In this document: positions 7,124-15,285 of the stretch, one piece after another
How the letters are laid out: every line of letters starts with the position of its first letter
Numbering within the stretch: the first letter of the stretch is position 1
Source of the DNA: a bacterium
GTDB lineage: Bacteria; Patescibacteriota; Saccharimonadia; Saccharimonadales; UBA4665
Direction of reading: 5' to 3'
DNA length: 64,000 bases
Assembly: GCA_043776675.1 (NCBI GenBank)
Contig: JAYVRB010000036.1
Span: 220-64,219 of the forward strand
Notes under the pieces: generated by a model
Seen by the model: the letters and a program-made list of their open reading frames with translations, nothing else
The model's database searches: none
What the model was told of the DNA's origin: nothing
Program-made: the position numbers and the translations under genes

Positions 7124-9277
7124 ATGCTTGATGGCTATATATTAATTAGTACAATTTTGTCTATTATCTTCATGCTTTTGGGCTTGGCAGTGCTAATTCG
7201 TAACCCCAAGTCGTACAGCAACAGGACGTTTCTGCTATTTAGTTTTGCGATAGCATTATGGCTAGTCACAAACTATTTAAGTAGCACAGTTACAACGCCG
7301 TACAGCCTAGCACTCGTTTCAAACAAGCTAGTCTTCTTCTTTGGAGGAATTAGTATCATGGCGCTTCTGGCATTTGTATGGTCCTTAACTTCTTTACGAT
7401 ATAGCTGGATATGGAAATCGCTACTTCTAATCAACGTTATTCTTATCGGTTCAACATTGACCCCATGGGTTGTGGAAGAAATTAAAGCACAGGAAAATAC
7501 CTGGGTAATACATTTTGGGATATTGGCATCGGTTTATTTTGTAATGTTATTCACAGATTTTGTTGCAATTATTAGTGCTCTTATACAAGGAAGAAAAAGA
7601 GTCAAAGGAGTGCAAAAGCAACAAATTAATATTATCTTAGGAAGTCTTGCGATTACTCTGAGTGCTATATTAATTACCAACGCATTATTTCCATTCGGAT
7701 TCGGATACTATGGGCTTACTAATGCGGGATCATTTTTCACAGCAGCGCTAGTATCTGGCGTGGCATATAGTATCGTCAGATTGAAGTTGTTTGATATCCG
7801 CTTAGTTGTGGCGCGTTCACTGGCGTATGTATTATCAATATTTGTAATAGTAACACTGTTTGTATCAATAGTATTTGGAGTTTCAAGCATAGCTTTTAAT
7901 GTACAGATTCCAGCTAATCAAAAAATTTATATCGCCTCAATGAGTATCGTAATTGCGCTAGTCTTTCAGCCAATTAAAGCTCTATTCGATAAAGTCTCTA
8001 ACAAAGTATTTTTTAGAAATGACTATAATCCACAAGAGTTTTTGAACAAATTGAGCAAAATAACTGCCAGCACACTAAACCTACCATCAGTTATTAGTGA
8101 AAGTTCAGCTTTAATGGTAAAGGATTTTAAGGTTGAAGCTTGTTCGTTTGTCCTATTAAACCCTGACGGTACAGTTCATTCTAGAGAAAACAGCAGTTTG
8201 TCACAAGATTTAATCAGACAATTTATGCACGAGCTCCCAAAGAACGTTAGGAGCACTATACTATATGGCGAAGACACGACAGGCTCTAGGCTTAAGCAAG
8301 CGATGACAAGAATTAATGCCGAAGCAATCATTCCGCTCAATTCAAGTAACACACGCGTTGGATATCTATTACTAGGTATTAAAAGTACCGGGCAACCGTT
8401 CAATTCTCAGGATTTAAAGATCTTAAGTATCGGTGGTGACTCACTGGCGGTTTCTATTCAAAATGCATTGCGGTTTGAAGAGATACAAAACTTTGCCACT
8501 ACGTTGCAGACCAGGGTGGATGAAGCCACTAGGAAGCTGCGGTATGCCAATGACAAGCTAAAAGCTTTGGATGAGACCAAGGACGACTTCATCAGTATGG
8601 CATCACACCAGTTACGCACGCCGCTGACGAGTATAAAGGGCTACATTAGCATGGTGCAAGAAGGCGACGCCGGTAAGCTGAACGATACACAAAAGCAGAT
8701 GCTAGGCCAAGCTTTCACGAGTTCACAGCGGATGGTCTATCTAATCGCCGATCTGCTAAATGTGTCGAGACTCAAAACCGGTAAATTTATCATAGATCGT
8801 ACTCCAGTGAATCTTGCAGAGGTGATTGAACAAGAATTGGCTCAAGTTAGAGAAACTGCACTGTCACGCAAACTTGATCTTATATATGACAAACCCCAAA
8901 ACTTCCCAGACCTAATGCTGGATGAAACTAAAACTAGGCAGGTGATAATGAACTTCGTCGACAACGCCATCTTTTACACACCAGCTGGTGGACAGATTCT
9001 AGTAAGGCTAATTGATAAGTCGAGTTCGATTGAACTGAGGGTAGAAGATAATGGCATTGGTATTTCCAAGAGTGACCAACCACATCTGTTCACCAAGTTT
9101 TACCGAGCTAGCAATGCGCGCAAAGCACGTCCAGATGGTACGGGTCTAGGCCTATTTATGGCCAAAAAAGTTATCATTGCCGAAGAGGGTTCTTTGATAT
9201 TTGAAACAGTAGAAGGTAAGGGCAGTACGTTTGGATTCAGTTTCTCAAAGTCCAAAGCCGGAGTCCAGCAGAAGTAA
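7124..9277 (+). CDS. sensor histidine kinase with multi-pass (~8 TM) N-terminal sensor
   Basis: H-box SHQLRTPLTSI, N-box NFVDNAIFYTP, G1 EDNGIGIS, G2 GTGLGLFMAKK. About 300 aa of hydrophobic helices, followed by a GAF-like linker. Confidence 0.9.
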   Translation: MLDGYILISTILSIIFMLLGLAVLIRNPKSYSNRTFLLFSFAIALWLVTNYLSSTVTTPYSLALVSNKLVFFFGGISIMALLAFVWSLTSLRYSWIWKSLLLINVILIGSTLTPWVVEEIKAQENTWVIHFGILASVYFVMLFTDFVAIISALIQGRKRVKGVQKQQINIILGSLAITLSAILITNALFPFGFGYYGLTNAGSFFTAALVSGVAYSIVRLKLFDIRLVVARSLAYVLSIFVIVTLFVSIVFGVSSIAFNVQIPANQKIYIASMSIVIALVFQPIKALFDKVSNKVFFRNDYNPQEFLNKLSKITASTLNLPSVISESSALMVKDFKVEACSFVLLNPDGTVHSRENSSLSQDLIRQFMHELPKNVRSTILYGEDTTGSRLKQAMTRINAEAIIPLNSSNTRVGYLLLGIKSTGQPFNSQDLKILSIGGDSLAVSIQNALRFEEIQNFATTLQTRVDEATRKLRYANDKLKALDETKDDFISMASHQLRTPLTSIKGYISMVQEGDAGKLNDTQKQMLGQAFTSSQRMVYLIADLLNVSRLKTGKFIIDRTPVNLAEVIEQELAQVRETALSRKLDLIYDKPQNFPDLMLDETKTRQVIMNFVDNAIFYTPAGGQILVRLIDKSSSIELRVEDNGIGISKSDQPHLFTKFYRASNARKARPDGTGLGLFMAKKVIIAEEGSLIFETVEGKGSTFGFSFSKSKAGVQQK

Positions 9278-9403
9278 GGCATGAGAAGCTATAAAGTTGA
9301 AAGTAGGAACTAGGACCTAGGAAGCAGGAAATAGAAATTAGTAAATGCTAAATGGTAATTAATTTGTTAAATGTGAACTATAAATTGATAATTAGTACCT
9401 ACG

Positions 9404-9529
9404 CAGATCCTTCGCTACGCTCTGGATGACAACACCTTGTCATGCAGCCCCCTGTCATCCCGAAAGCATTGAGGGATCTGTTTGTGATTCAAACGAACAA
9501 TAGATCCTTCTCTACCGCTCTGGATGACA
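9404..9529. repeat. intergenic repeat cluster (same family and two-core architecture as 2443-2564)
   Basis: Cores AGATCCTTCGCTACGCTCTGGATGACA (9405-9431) and AGATCCTTCTCTACCGCTCTGGATGACA (9502-9529). Arms CAGATCC (9404) and GGATCTG (9480). Shared linker GATCTGTTTG.GATT.AAA. Confidence 0.8.
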
Positions 9530-9559
9530 AAGGAAGTTAAGAAACATGACGCTTAAGCA

Positions 9560-9588
9560 TTGACAATATGCAAGGGCTGTGTTATTAT
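9560..9588 (+). promoter_or_regulatory. putative sigma70 promoter of the surface-protein gene
   Basis: TTGACA, 17 nt, TATTAT, about 55 nt upstream of the ATG at 9645. Confidence 0.5.
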
Positions 9589-9644
9589 AGCCATAACTAA
9601 CAGCAAAACAGGTGGTCCAAAAAGTAAAATAATGGGAGTCCTGT

Positions 9645-11819
9645 ATGTTTTCTAATTTGGTTAAAAAATTCAAGAATTATGCTAAAGCTGCAATCGCTTT
9701 GAGTCTTTTCACTGCAGCAGTAGCAGGTATCAACTTCACCGCCAATCATAATGCTTCTCAGGCGGCTACGTATTGTGACACAGCCAACGTCGTATATTGT
9801 GGACTAGGCTCAGGTAAAACTAACCAAATTGCCAACCTCAAAAATGCCTACAACAATAACACCACTGGCTTTTCACCAGACTACAAAGATATACGAACCA
9901 TCTATAATTACATGGGCGCCAGCAGCACTGAAATTAATGGTATGAATTCTAGCAACACAGTATCTGGATTTATTTATAATAATGGCGATATCAAAGACTC
10001 AAACGGTAAACTACTCGCCACAGACGCGCGTATAGTTGCTAGGTTTTCGTGGTACGGATCAGCTAGATCTACTCTCATTCCCGGATCACACAATGCTTGG
10101 GCTAGAAGTGCCGATACTACTAGTGGTGGATATTTGTACACTCCTTCTGAAGCAATAATTATTCGTCTCGATTCAAATGGAGATATGCTATTTGCTGCAG
10201 CTACTCTTTGTGGTAATCCCATTAGCGCTACTCCGGTGGCAAATCCCAGCTATTCTATCGAGAAGAAAGTTACTCGTTATGGCGAAAGCATTCCAATAAC
10301 TTCACTAAATCAAGCTGCCGGCTACACTTCAGTCAATCAGCTTGCTGGCGAGAAGGTTAGCTATAGTATCTTAGTATTAAATACGGGAAATGTTACCCTT
10401 AGAAATGTCAGCGTCAGAGATGTTCTACCTATAGGAGTTCAATACGTAGAAGGTACGCTACAGCGTGAAGGTAGTTCGCTAAGTTCTAAATCAATTTTCA
10501 GTACTGGATCAGCTGGCGTAACAATAGCTAAGGATTCTGGTACTTTCTTTACCTTTGACGCTATTGTTGGCCCTAACGACACTGCAGGATCATGTACACC
10601 ACGTACTTTGAGAAATGTTGCCTATGTAAATGCTACCGGTCTAGCGACCGACAGTTCATATGCCAATGTAAATGAAACATGCCCAGCTATTGTTGCTGCT
10701 CCTAGTCCGAACTACTCATGTGTAAACTTAACTGCTACGTACCTATCTCCAAATGTATATGCTTTCAACGCGAGTGCTAGCGCTACAAATGGCGCTTCAA
10801 TAACTAGCTATATCTTTAACTTCGGAGATGGTACTGCAATTCAAACCCTTCCGACATTAGGCACAAGTACATCATTCAATGCGACACTTAACCATAACTT
10901 TTCAGCTCCAGGTACCTACAATGTTAGTGTCGAAGTACATGCATACCCAGGATCTGGCTCAAACGTAACCTGTAATACGTCATTGACTATTGCCCCACCT
11001 ACACCAACTCCTACACCAGTAGCGCCAGCTTATTCATGCCTAAGTTTGACCAAGACACAAATTTTATCTAATTTATATAGTTTCAATGCCAACGCTAGTG
11101 TTACTCCAAGCGGGACAATGATAAGTTTTGTCTATAATTTTGGTGACAATAGTCCTGTCCAAACAATCTTTACAAGTAATAGCTATTCCACGTTGGACTA
11201 CACCTTCTCAAACCCAGGTACTTACAATGTGAGCGTTACGGTCAATGCCCCAGCGAGTAGCGCTGTAGGCACTAACGTAACCTGTAACACTAGCGTGACT
11301 ATTCCTGGCACAACACCAACACCTACACCAACACCTACACCAACACCAACGCCTACACCAACGCCTACTCCAACTCCTACACCAGTAGTGCCATCAACAG
11401 GTCAATGTACCGGCATTACTATTACTAAGCCTGTTGGATCTACAAGGACTGCGATAGCTAACATTGCATACGTAGTGACTAATGGTGCGACCTTAAGTAA
11501 CGTCAGCATAAACTGGAATGACGGTGTGATTACAGCTAACGGCGTAAACACTTCAGCTTCACATATATATACTGCCGATGGAACATACAACATTGTTGCT
11601 ACTCTAAGCTTTAACTCATCAAGAAACGCAGTTCCGAATGTAACGTGTGCAGCTTCAGTGACATTTACTACAGCAGTTACTCCTGTCGTTACCACTACGA
11701 CAACTCTTGTTAACTCTGGACCTGGCAGCGCAGCTGCTATGTTCGCAGGCATAACACTATTTGGCACACTCGGATATCGTTGGTTCTTGGGACGCCGTCT
11801 AGGCAGCCAAGAATTTTAA
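9645..11819 (+). CDS. secreted/cell-surface protein: signal peptide, DUF11-like repeat, three PKD-like modules, (TP)n linkers, C-terminal TM anchor
   Basis: Signal peptide ending SQA-AT. GEKVSYSILVLNTGNVTLRNVSVRDVLP (DUF11-type). Three modules with FNFGDG/YNFGDN/INWNDG...GTYNV (PKD-like). C-terminal hydrophobic helix plus GRRLGSQEF. Confidence 0.8.
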   Translation: MFSNLVKKFKNYAKAAIALSLFTAAVAGINFTANHNASQAATYCDTANVVYCGLGSGKTNQIANLKNAYNNNTTGFSPDYKDIRTIYNYMGASSTEINGMNSSNTVSGFIYNNGDIKDSNGKLLATDARIVARFSWYGSARSTLIPGSHNAWARSADTTSGGYLYTPSEAIIIRLDSNGDMLFAAATLCGNPISATPVANPSYSIEKKVTRYGESIPITSLNQAAGYTSVNQLAGEKVSYSILVLNTGNVTLRNVSVRDVLPIGVQYVEGTLQREGSSLSSKSIFSTGSAGVTIAKDSGTFFTFDAIVGPNDTAGSCTPRTLRNVAYVNATGLATDSSYANVNETCPAIVAAPSPNYSCVNLTATYLSPNVYAFNASASATNGASITSYIFNFGDGTAIQTLPTLGTSTSFNATLNHNFSAPGTYNVSVEVHAYPGSGSNVTCNTSLTIAPPTPTPTPVAPAYSCLSLTKTQILSNLYSFNANASVTPSGTMISFVYNFGDNSPVQTIFTSNSYSTLDYTFSNPGTYNVSVTVNAPASSAVGTNVTCNTSVTIPGTTPTPTPTPTPTPTPTPTPTPTPTPVVPSTGQCTGITITKPVGSTRTAIANIAYVVTNGATLSNVSINWNDGVITANGVNTSASHIYTADGTYNIVATLSFNSSRNAVPNVTCAASVTFTTAVTPVVTTTTTLVNSGPGSAAAMFAGITLFGTLGYRWFLGRRLGSQEF
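11310..11384 (+). repeat. in-frame hexanucleotide tandem repeat (ACN CCN) encoding (Thr-Pro)~12
   Basis: acaccaacacctacaccaacacct... read directly. A shorter PTPTPTP tract lies at about 10996-11020. Confidence 0.85.
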
Positions 11820-11926
11820 CGGGTGTGGATAAACACTGGCGCAAAAGTCAAAATTGTGCTAATGTTTAGTTAAGTTATAAGAGCATCGTGACTGACCGCT
11901 CCCAAAATTAAGTAGAAAATCGAGGG

Positions 11927-11948
11927 TCCCCCATCTTTGGGGGATTTT
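11927..11948 (+). terminator. intrinsic terminator after the surface-protein gene
   Basis: TCCCCCA-TCTT-TGGGGGA followed by TTTT. Confidence 0.7.
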
Positions 11949-12018
11949 CATTTCTTATCTGTTATGGTACTATTTATCAGTTCGAGTAAAGTAAATTGTG
12001 CTTAGTCAGAATTCCAAA

Positions 12019-12124
12019 CCAAGGAGCAATTGCGACTGTATGGAATTCTGAGAGGAGAAACGTAGCTCTAGGTTGAAGCTTTTGCCGAATAGGCAAAACG
12101 AAACAGGAGCGTACGTTTGGACGT
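12019..12124 (+). promoter_or_regulatory. conserved ~107-nt tRNA 5' leader element, copy 2
   Basis: About 76% identical to the minus-strand leader of tRNA-Lys (597-704). Shares the blocks CCAAGGAGC, GCGACTG, GAGAGGA, CTAGGT, GAAGCTTTTGCCG and GGCAAAACGA. Hairpin TTGCC-GAATA-GGCAA. Confidence 0.5.
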
Positions 12125-12199
12125 GGCCCCATCGTCTATCGGTTAGGACATCAGGTTTTCATCCTGGCAAGAGGAGTTCGACTCTCCTTGGGGTCACCA
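12125..12199 (+). tRNA. tRNA-Glu (anticodon UUC)
   Basis: 75 nt. Acceptor GGCCCCA/TGGGGTC; D arm GTCT-ATCGGTTA-GGAC; anticodon loop TT-TTC-AT; T arm AGGAG-TTCGACT-CTCCT; A-CCA end. Confidence 0.9.
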
Positions 12200-12265
12200 A
12201 TATAAAAGCCTCATCGTAAGATGGGGCTTTTATATTGGGTGGTTCTCGAAGAGAACCGAACTCCG
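12181..12265 (+). repeat. 85-bp direct repeat, copy 1 (last 19 nt of tRNA-Glu plus terminator hairpin plus second hairpin)
   Basis: ACTCTCCTTGGGGTCACCAATATAAAAGCC.CATCGTAAGATGGGGCTT...GGGTGGTTCTCGAAGAGAACCGAACTCCG, repeated 163 bp downstream. Confidence 0.85.
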
Positions 12266-12343
12266 TCAAGAGTTCGATATTCGAGGACGCGCGCAGGAGT
12301 TTTCTCCGAGCACGCCGCAAGAATATATGCGCGAAGGCGCTAT

Positions 12344-12428
12344 ACTCTCCTTGGGGTCACCAATATAAAAGCCCCATCGTAAGATGGGGCTTATAAATTG
12401 GGTGGTTCTCGAAGAGAACCGAACTCCG
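12344..12428 (+). repeat. 85-bp direct repeat, copy 2 (orphan tRNA-Glu 3' fragment plus hairpins)
   Basis: Near-identical to 12181-12265, differing only at a few bases in and just after the terminator hairpin. No tRNA 5' half precedes it. Confidence 0.85.
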
Positions 12429-12520
12429 AGCGTAGCAATCGTGCGGAAGTACCTTGTTCCGTAATGGGACTACGATGTTTGCTATACTTATTAGATAAAT
12501 CAACATCTTAAGGTAGAGTT

Positions 12521-12784
12521 ATGGAAAAGAATCAGCAACAGGAGCACGAAGGCGATAAATATCTAAGAATATTAGGTCTGAGTGATCTTGCAGAGAATCA
12601 TATTGAGCTTAAGGACGGTAGGCATATTTATGCTCGAGATTTTCTTGATGTATGTGGTGAGCATGCACTACCTGCTCTTAAAGGATTTGAAAGCATGGAC
12701 ACATTAGATCCAAATTACGGTCCCACACTAGACGCTTTACAGAAATATGTAACTAAATTTATTGTCGGAACCGACGAGGCCTAG
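12521..12784 (+). CDS. hypothetical protein (87 aa)
   Basis: ORF only; no recognisable motif. Confidence 0.5.
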   Translation: MEKNQQQEHEGDKYLRILGLSDLAENHIELKDGRHIYARDFLDVCGEHALPALKGFESMDTLDPNYGPTLDALQKYVTKFIVGTDEA

Positions 12785-12809
12785 CCTATGCTTATGCTTG
12801 GTGGATTTA

Positions 12810-14360
12810 ATGAGAGCTAACAAATCCCTAGAGCCTAGATCGACTAACGACTCTCTTGATCAGAATAATGTGTATTTACAGGTTCAAATTACAGAAAACA
12901 CGAATGAACTTATCCAACCACCCGTAGAATATACTTACCAAAGAGCCGATGGTACAGTAGAGCGGGCTAGCTCTTCAGCGGAAGTCATGAAACGTTGTCC
13001 GGTGCTCGGTAGAATGCCAGTCGAACTTGCCAATGTCATGCTTGAGCTATCTGCGAGAGGACAAGAAATTATTAATAAGGAAAAGTTTGAAGTACTTAAG
13101 GATGAAGTCACTACTGAGTTAATAAACCAAAAACTTAAGTTAGTAAATAAGCCAGAAGTTATACAAAATATCATAGTTGAAACCATCCCAGAATCGATAT
13201 TCATACCAAGACCCGAAGAATTAAAAATTAAAGATATTATCAGCCAAATAAAAAATCCTGATCAGCCAGAACCTAAAGTATCGACTATATTATTGCCACC
13301 TGAACTTAGTATCAAAACGAATATTAAGCAAAATATAAAATCAACAAATAAGAATAAAACCGAGAGAGTATTTGAAGCATCAATTCCAACTCAACCTGTG
13401 CCATACATTGATATTCATAAGACCATTCAAGCTGAAGCTATGGAAGAAATTTCGAACGAAGATACAGCAGAATCTACGTTGATTTTAGAATCCGAAAAAC
13501 TTAGTGATGAATTTGTAGCTAACATCAATAACGTAGCTGCATACGAAGAACAAGTCGTTATTGAAAGCGTCGTTGCAAACGAGGAACAAGCTCTTCTTGA
13601 AAGTAAGGTTGAAATTAATAAAGAAATCGTAACCATGGAAGTCGAACCCGAGCCAAAGGAAATCCACATTCAACTAGTAAATCTAGTGTCTGAAATGCTG
13701 GAGCCTTACGAACTAAGTAAATACGATCGGCCTACCGAGGATACTGTTAATGAAAGTGCAGATGCAATAATTCTACAAAACAATTTATCAAATTCTTTTG
13801 AAGAATATGTTGAGACTCTGGCAGATGCTGAGATACCCTACACTATTGAAACAATAATTATAGACGCCGACGCACACCCACTCGAGATTACCTTGATGCA
13901 ACTTGCAGAATTTTTATCAGCTCCACATTTGGATAGCGAAGAAACAACCCAATTCATCGAAACGATTATTGAAATCAGGAAAGTAATATTAGAAATCCAA
14001 ACAGAACTATTTAAGCATCTAATAGAAGGTAATCAGAATTTCGAGACAGCTCAAATTACTCCAGAAGTTTCTAAAAAAATAATTGAATTGTTACGCAAGG
14101 TCGGTTATCAAGAACCGGACAATGCATTAATTAATCTAATTTCTACATACGGCATCAACTTTTTGATAGACGCGCTACTATACCTACATCAACTCACTAA
14201 TAAAAATGAGCGTTTTGAATTCGAACCCATTTTTAGTAAAATTAATTTCCAATATCCCCAAGGCTCAGACTTAGCATATGTACTGGGTCAGACACTTCTC
14301 CAGCTAATGCGCATAAAATTGCATAAACAGAGCAATATTTATAAGTCCGCGGTGTTATAG
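12810..14360 (+). CDS. hypothetical highly acidic protein (516 aa), no TM or signal peptide
   Basis: Long ORF rich in Glu/Ile/Asn. First ATG at 12810, in frame with the track ORF 12762..14360. Confidence 0.6.
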   Translation: MRANKSLEPRSTNDSLDQNNVYLQVQITENTNELIQPPVEYTYQRADGTVERASSSAEVMKRCPVLGRMPVELANVMLELSARGQEIINKEKFEVLKDEVTTELINQKLKLVNKPEVIQNIIVETIPESIFIPRPEELKIKDIISQIKNPDQPEPKVSTILLPPELSIKTNIKQNIKSTNKNKTERVFEASIPTQPVPYIDIHKTIQAEAMEEISNEDTAESTLILESEKLSDEFVANINNVAAYEEQVVIESVVANEEQALLESKVEINKEIVTMEVEPEPKEIHIQLVNLVSEMLEPYELSKYDRPTEDTVNESADAIILQNNLSNSFEEYVETLADAEIPYTIETIIIDADAHPLEITLMQLAEFLSAPHLDSEETTQFIETIIEIRKVILEIQTELFKHLIEGNQNFETAQITPEVSKKIIELLRKVGYQEPDNALINLISTYGINFLIDALLYLHQLTNKNERFEFEPIFSKINFQYPQGSDLAYVLGQTLLQLMRIKLHKQSNIYKSAVL

Positions 14361-14402
14361 TATAGATAATATGGTTGAGCTTAATAGGGGCTATAGAGGG
14401 TA

Positions 14403-15284
14403 ATGAAGAGCAAACTCAAAACATGGCTGCCAATACTAGTTGTCTTGTTGATTTGTCTGCTGGCTGGGTATCTACTCAGAAACTATAACTTTGGAATCTT
14501 TGATCCTAAAGGCGAGATCGGCGTTAAACAACGCAATTTAATCTATCAAACTCTGGCGTTAAGTCTAATAGTAGTTATACCGGTATTCACCTTGACTTTC
14601 TACATCTCAAGAAAATACCGAGCTACCAACACCAAAGCTAAATATTCTCCAGATTGGGATCACAATCGACTGATTGAAACAGTGTGGTGGGGTGTTCCGA
14701 CTATCCTAATTGTCATCCTGTCAGTTATAACTTGGAATAGCACGCACGAGCTTGATCCTAGGCGTCCATTAAGTTCCACATCAAAGCCACTTACAGTCCA
14801 GGTGGTTGCTCTTCAGTGGAAATGGCTTTTCATATATCCTGAGCAACGCATTGCAGCTGTCAATTTATTACAGCTACCGGTAGATACGCCAATAAAGTTT
14901 GTGATAACTTCCGACGCGCCTATGAATAGTTTCTGGATTCCGCAACTTGGAGGACAGATATATGCCATGCCAGGTATGAGTACTCAACTAAACCTGAACG
15001 CTACACAAGTTGGTGAATATCGTGGGTTATCTGCTAATCTAAGCGGCGAAGGATTTTCGGGCATGACATTTAAGTCAAACGTAGTGAGTAAAGATAATTT
15101 TGAAGCATGGTCATCATTCACTAATAGATCTAAACTCAAGCTAAATCAATCGACCTATGATAATCTGTCCAAACCGACAAAGAATAATCCGGTCGTTTTC
15201 TATTCGGCAAACGACGTTGGCCTGTATGATAGGGTTGTGGCAAAATATATGATGAGTGATCGTATGCATTCAGGAGCTTATTAA
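14403..15284 (+). CDS. cyoA: cytochrome bo3-type quinol oxidase subunit II
   Basis: Two N-terminal TM helices plus a cupredoxin domain. The CuA Cys/His ligands are absent (SANLSGEGFSGM), as in quinol oxidases. First gene of the cyo operon. Confidence 0.85.
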   Translation: MKSKLKTWLPILVVLLICLLAGYLLRNYNFGIFDPKGEIGVKQRNLIYQTLALSLIVVIPVFTLTFYISRKYRATNTKAKYSPDWDHNRLIETVWWGVPTILIVILSVITWNSTHELDPRRPLSSTSKPLTVQVVALQWKWLFIYPEQRIAAVNLLQLPVDTPIKFVITSDAPMNSFWIPQLGGQIYAMPGMSTQLNLNATQVGEYRGLSANLSGEGFSGMTFKSNVVSKDNFEAWSSFTNRSKLKLNQSTYDNLSKPTKNNPVVFYSANDVGLYDRVVAKYMMSDRMHSGAY

Positions 15285-15285
15285 A

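Noticed and set aside
12021-12051. AAGGAG followed by a three-codon mini-ORF (ATG GAA TTC TGA here; ATG TTA AAT TGA in the tRNA-Lys leader), considered as a leader peptide
   Set aside because: The 13-nt spacing from AAGGAG to ATG is long, the peptide sequence is not conserved between the two copies, and attenuation control of tRNA genes has no precedent that I know of. It is kept only as a note inside the leader finding.
12762-12809. Overlap of ORFs 12521-12784 and 12762-14360, considered as a programmed frameshift or a single disrupted gene
   Set aside because: No slippery heptamer is visible at the overlap. The downstream ORF has its first ATG at 12810, 25 nt after the upstream stop. Two separate genes is the simpler reading.
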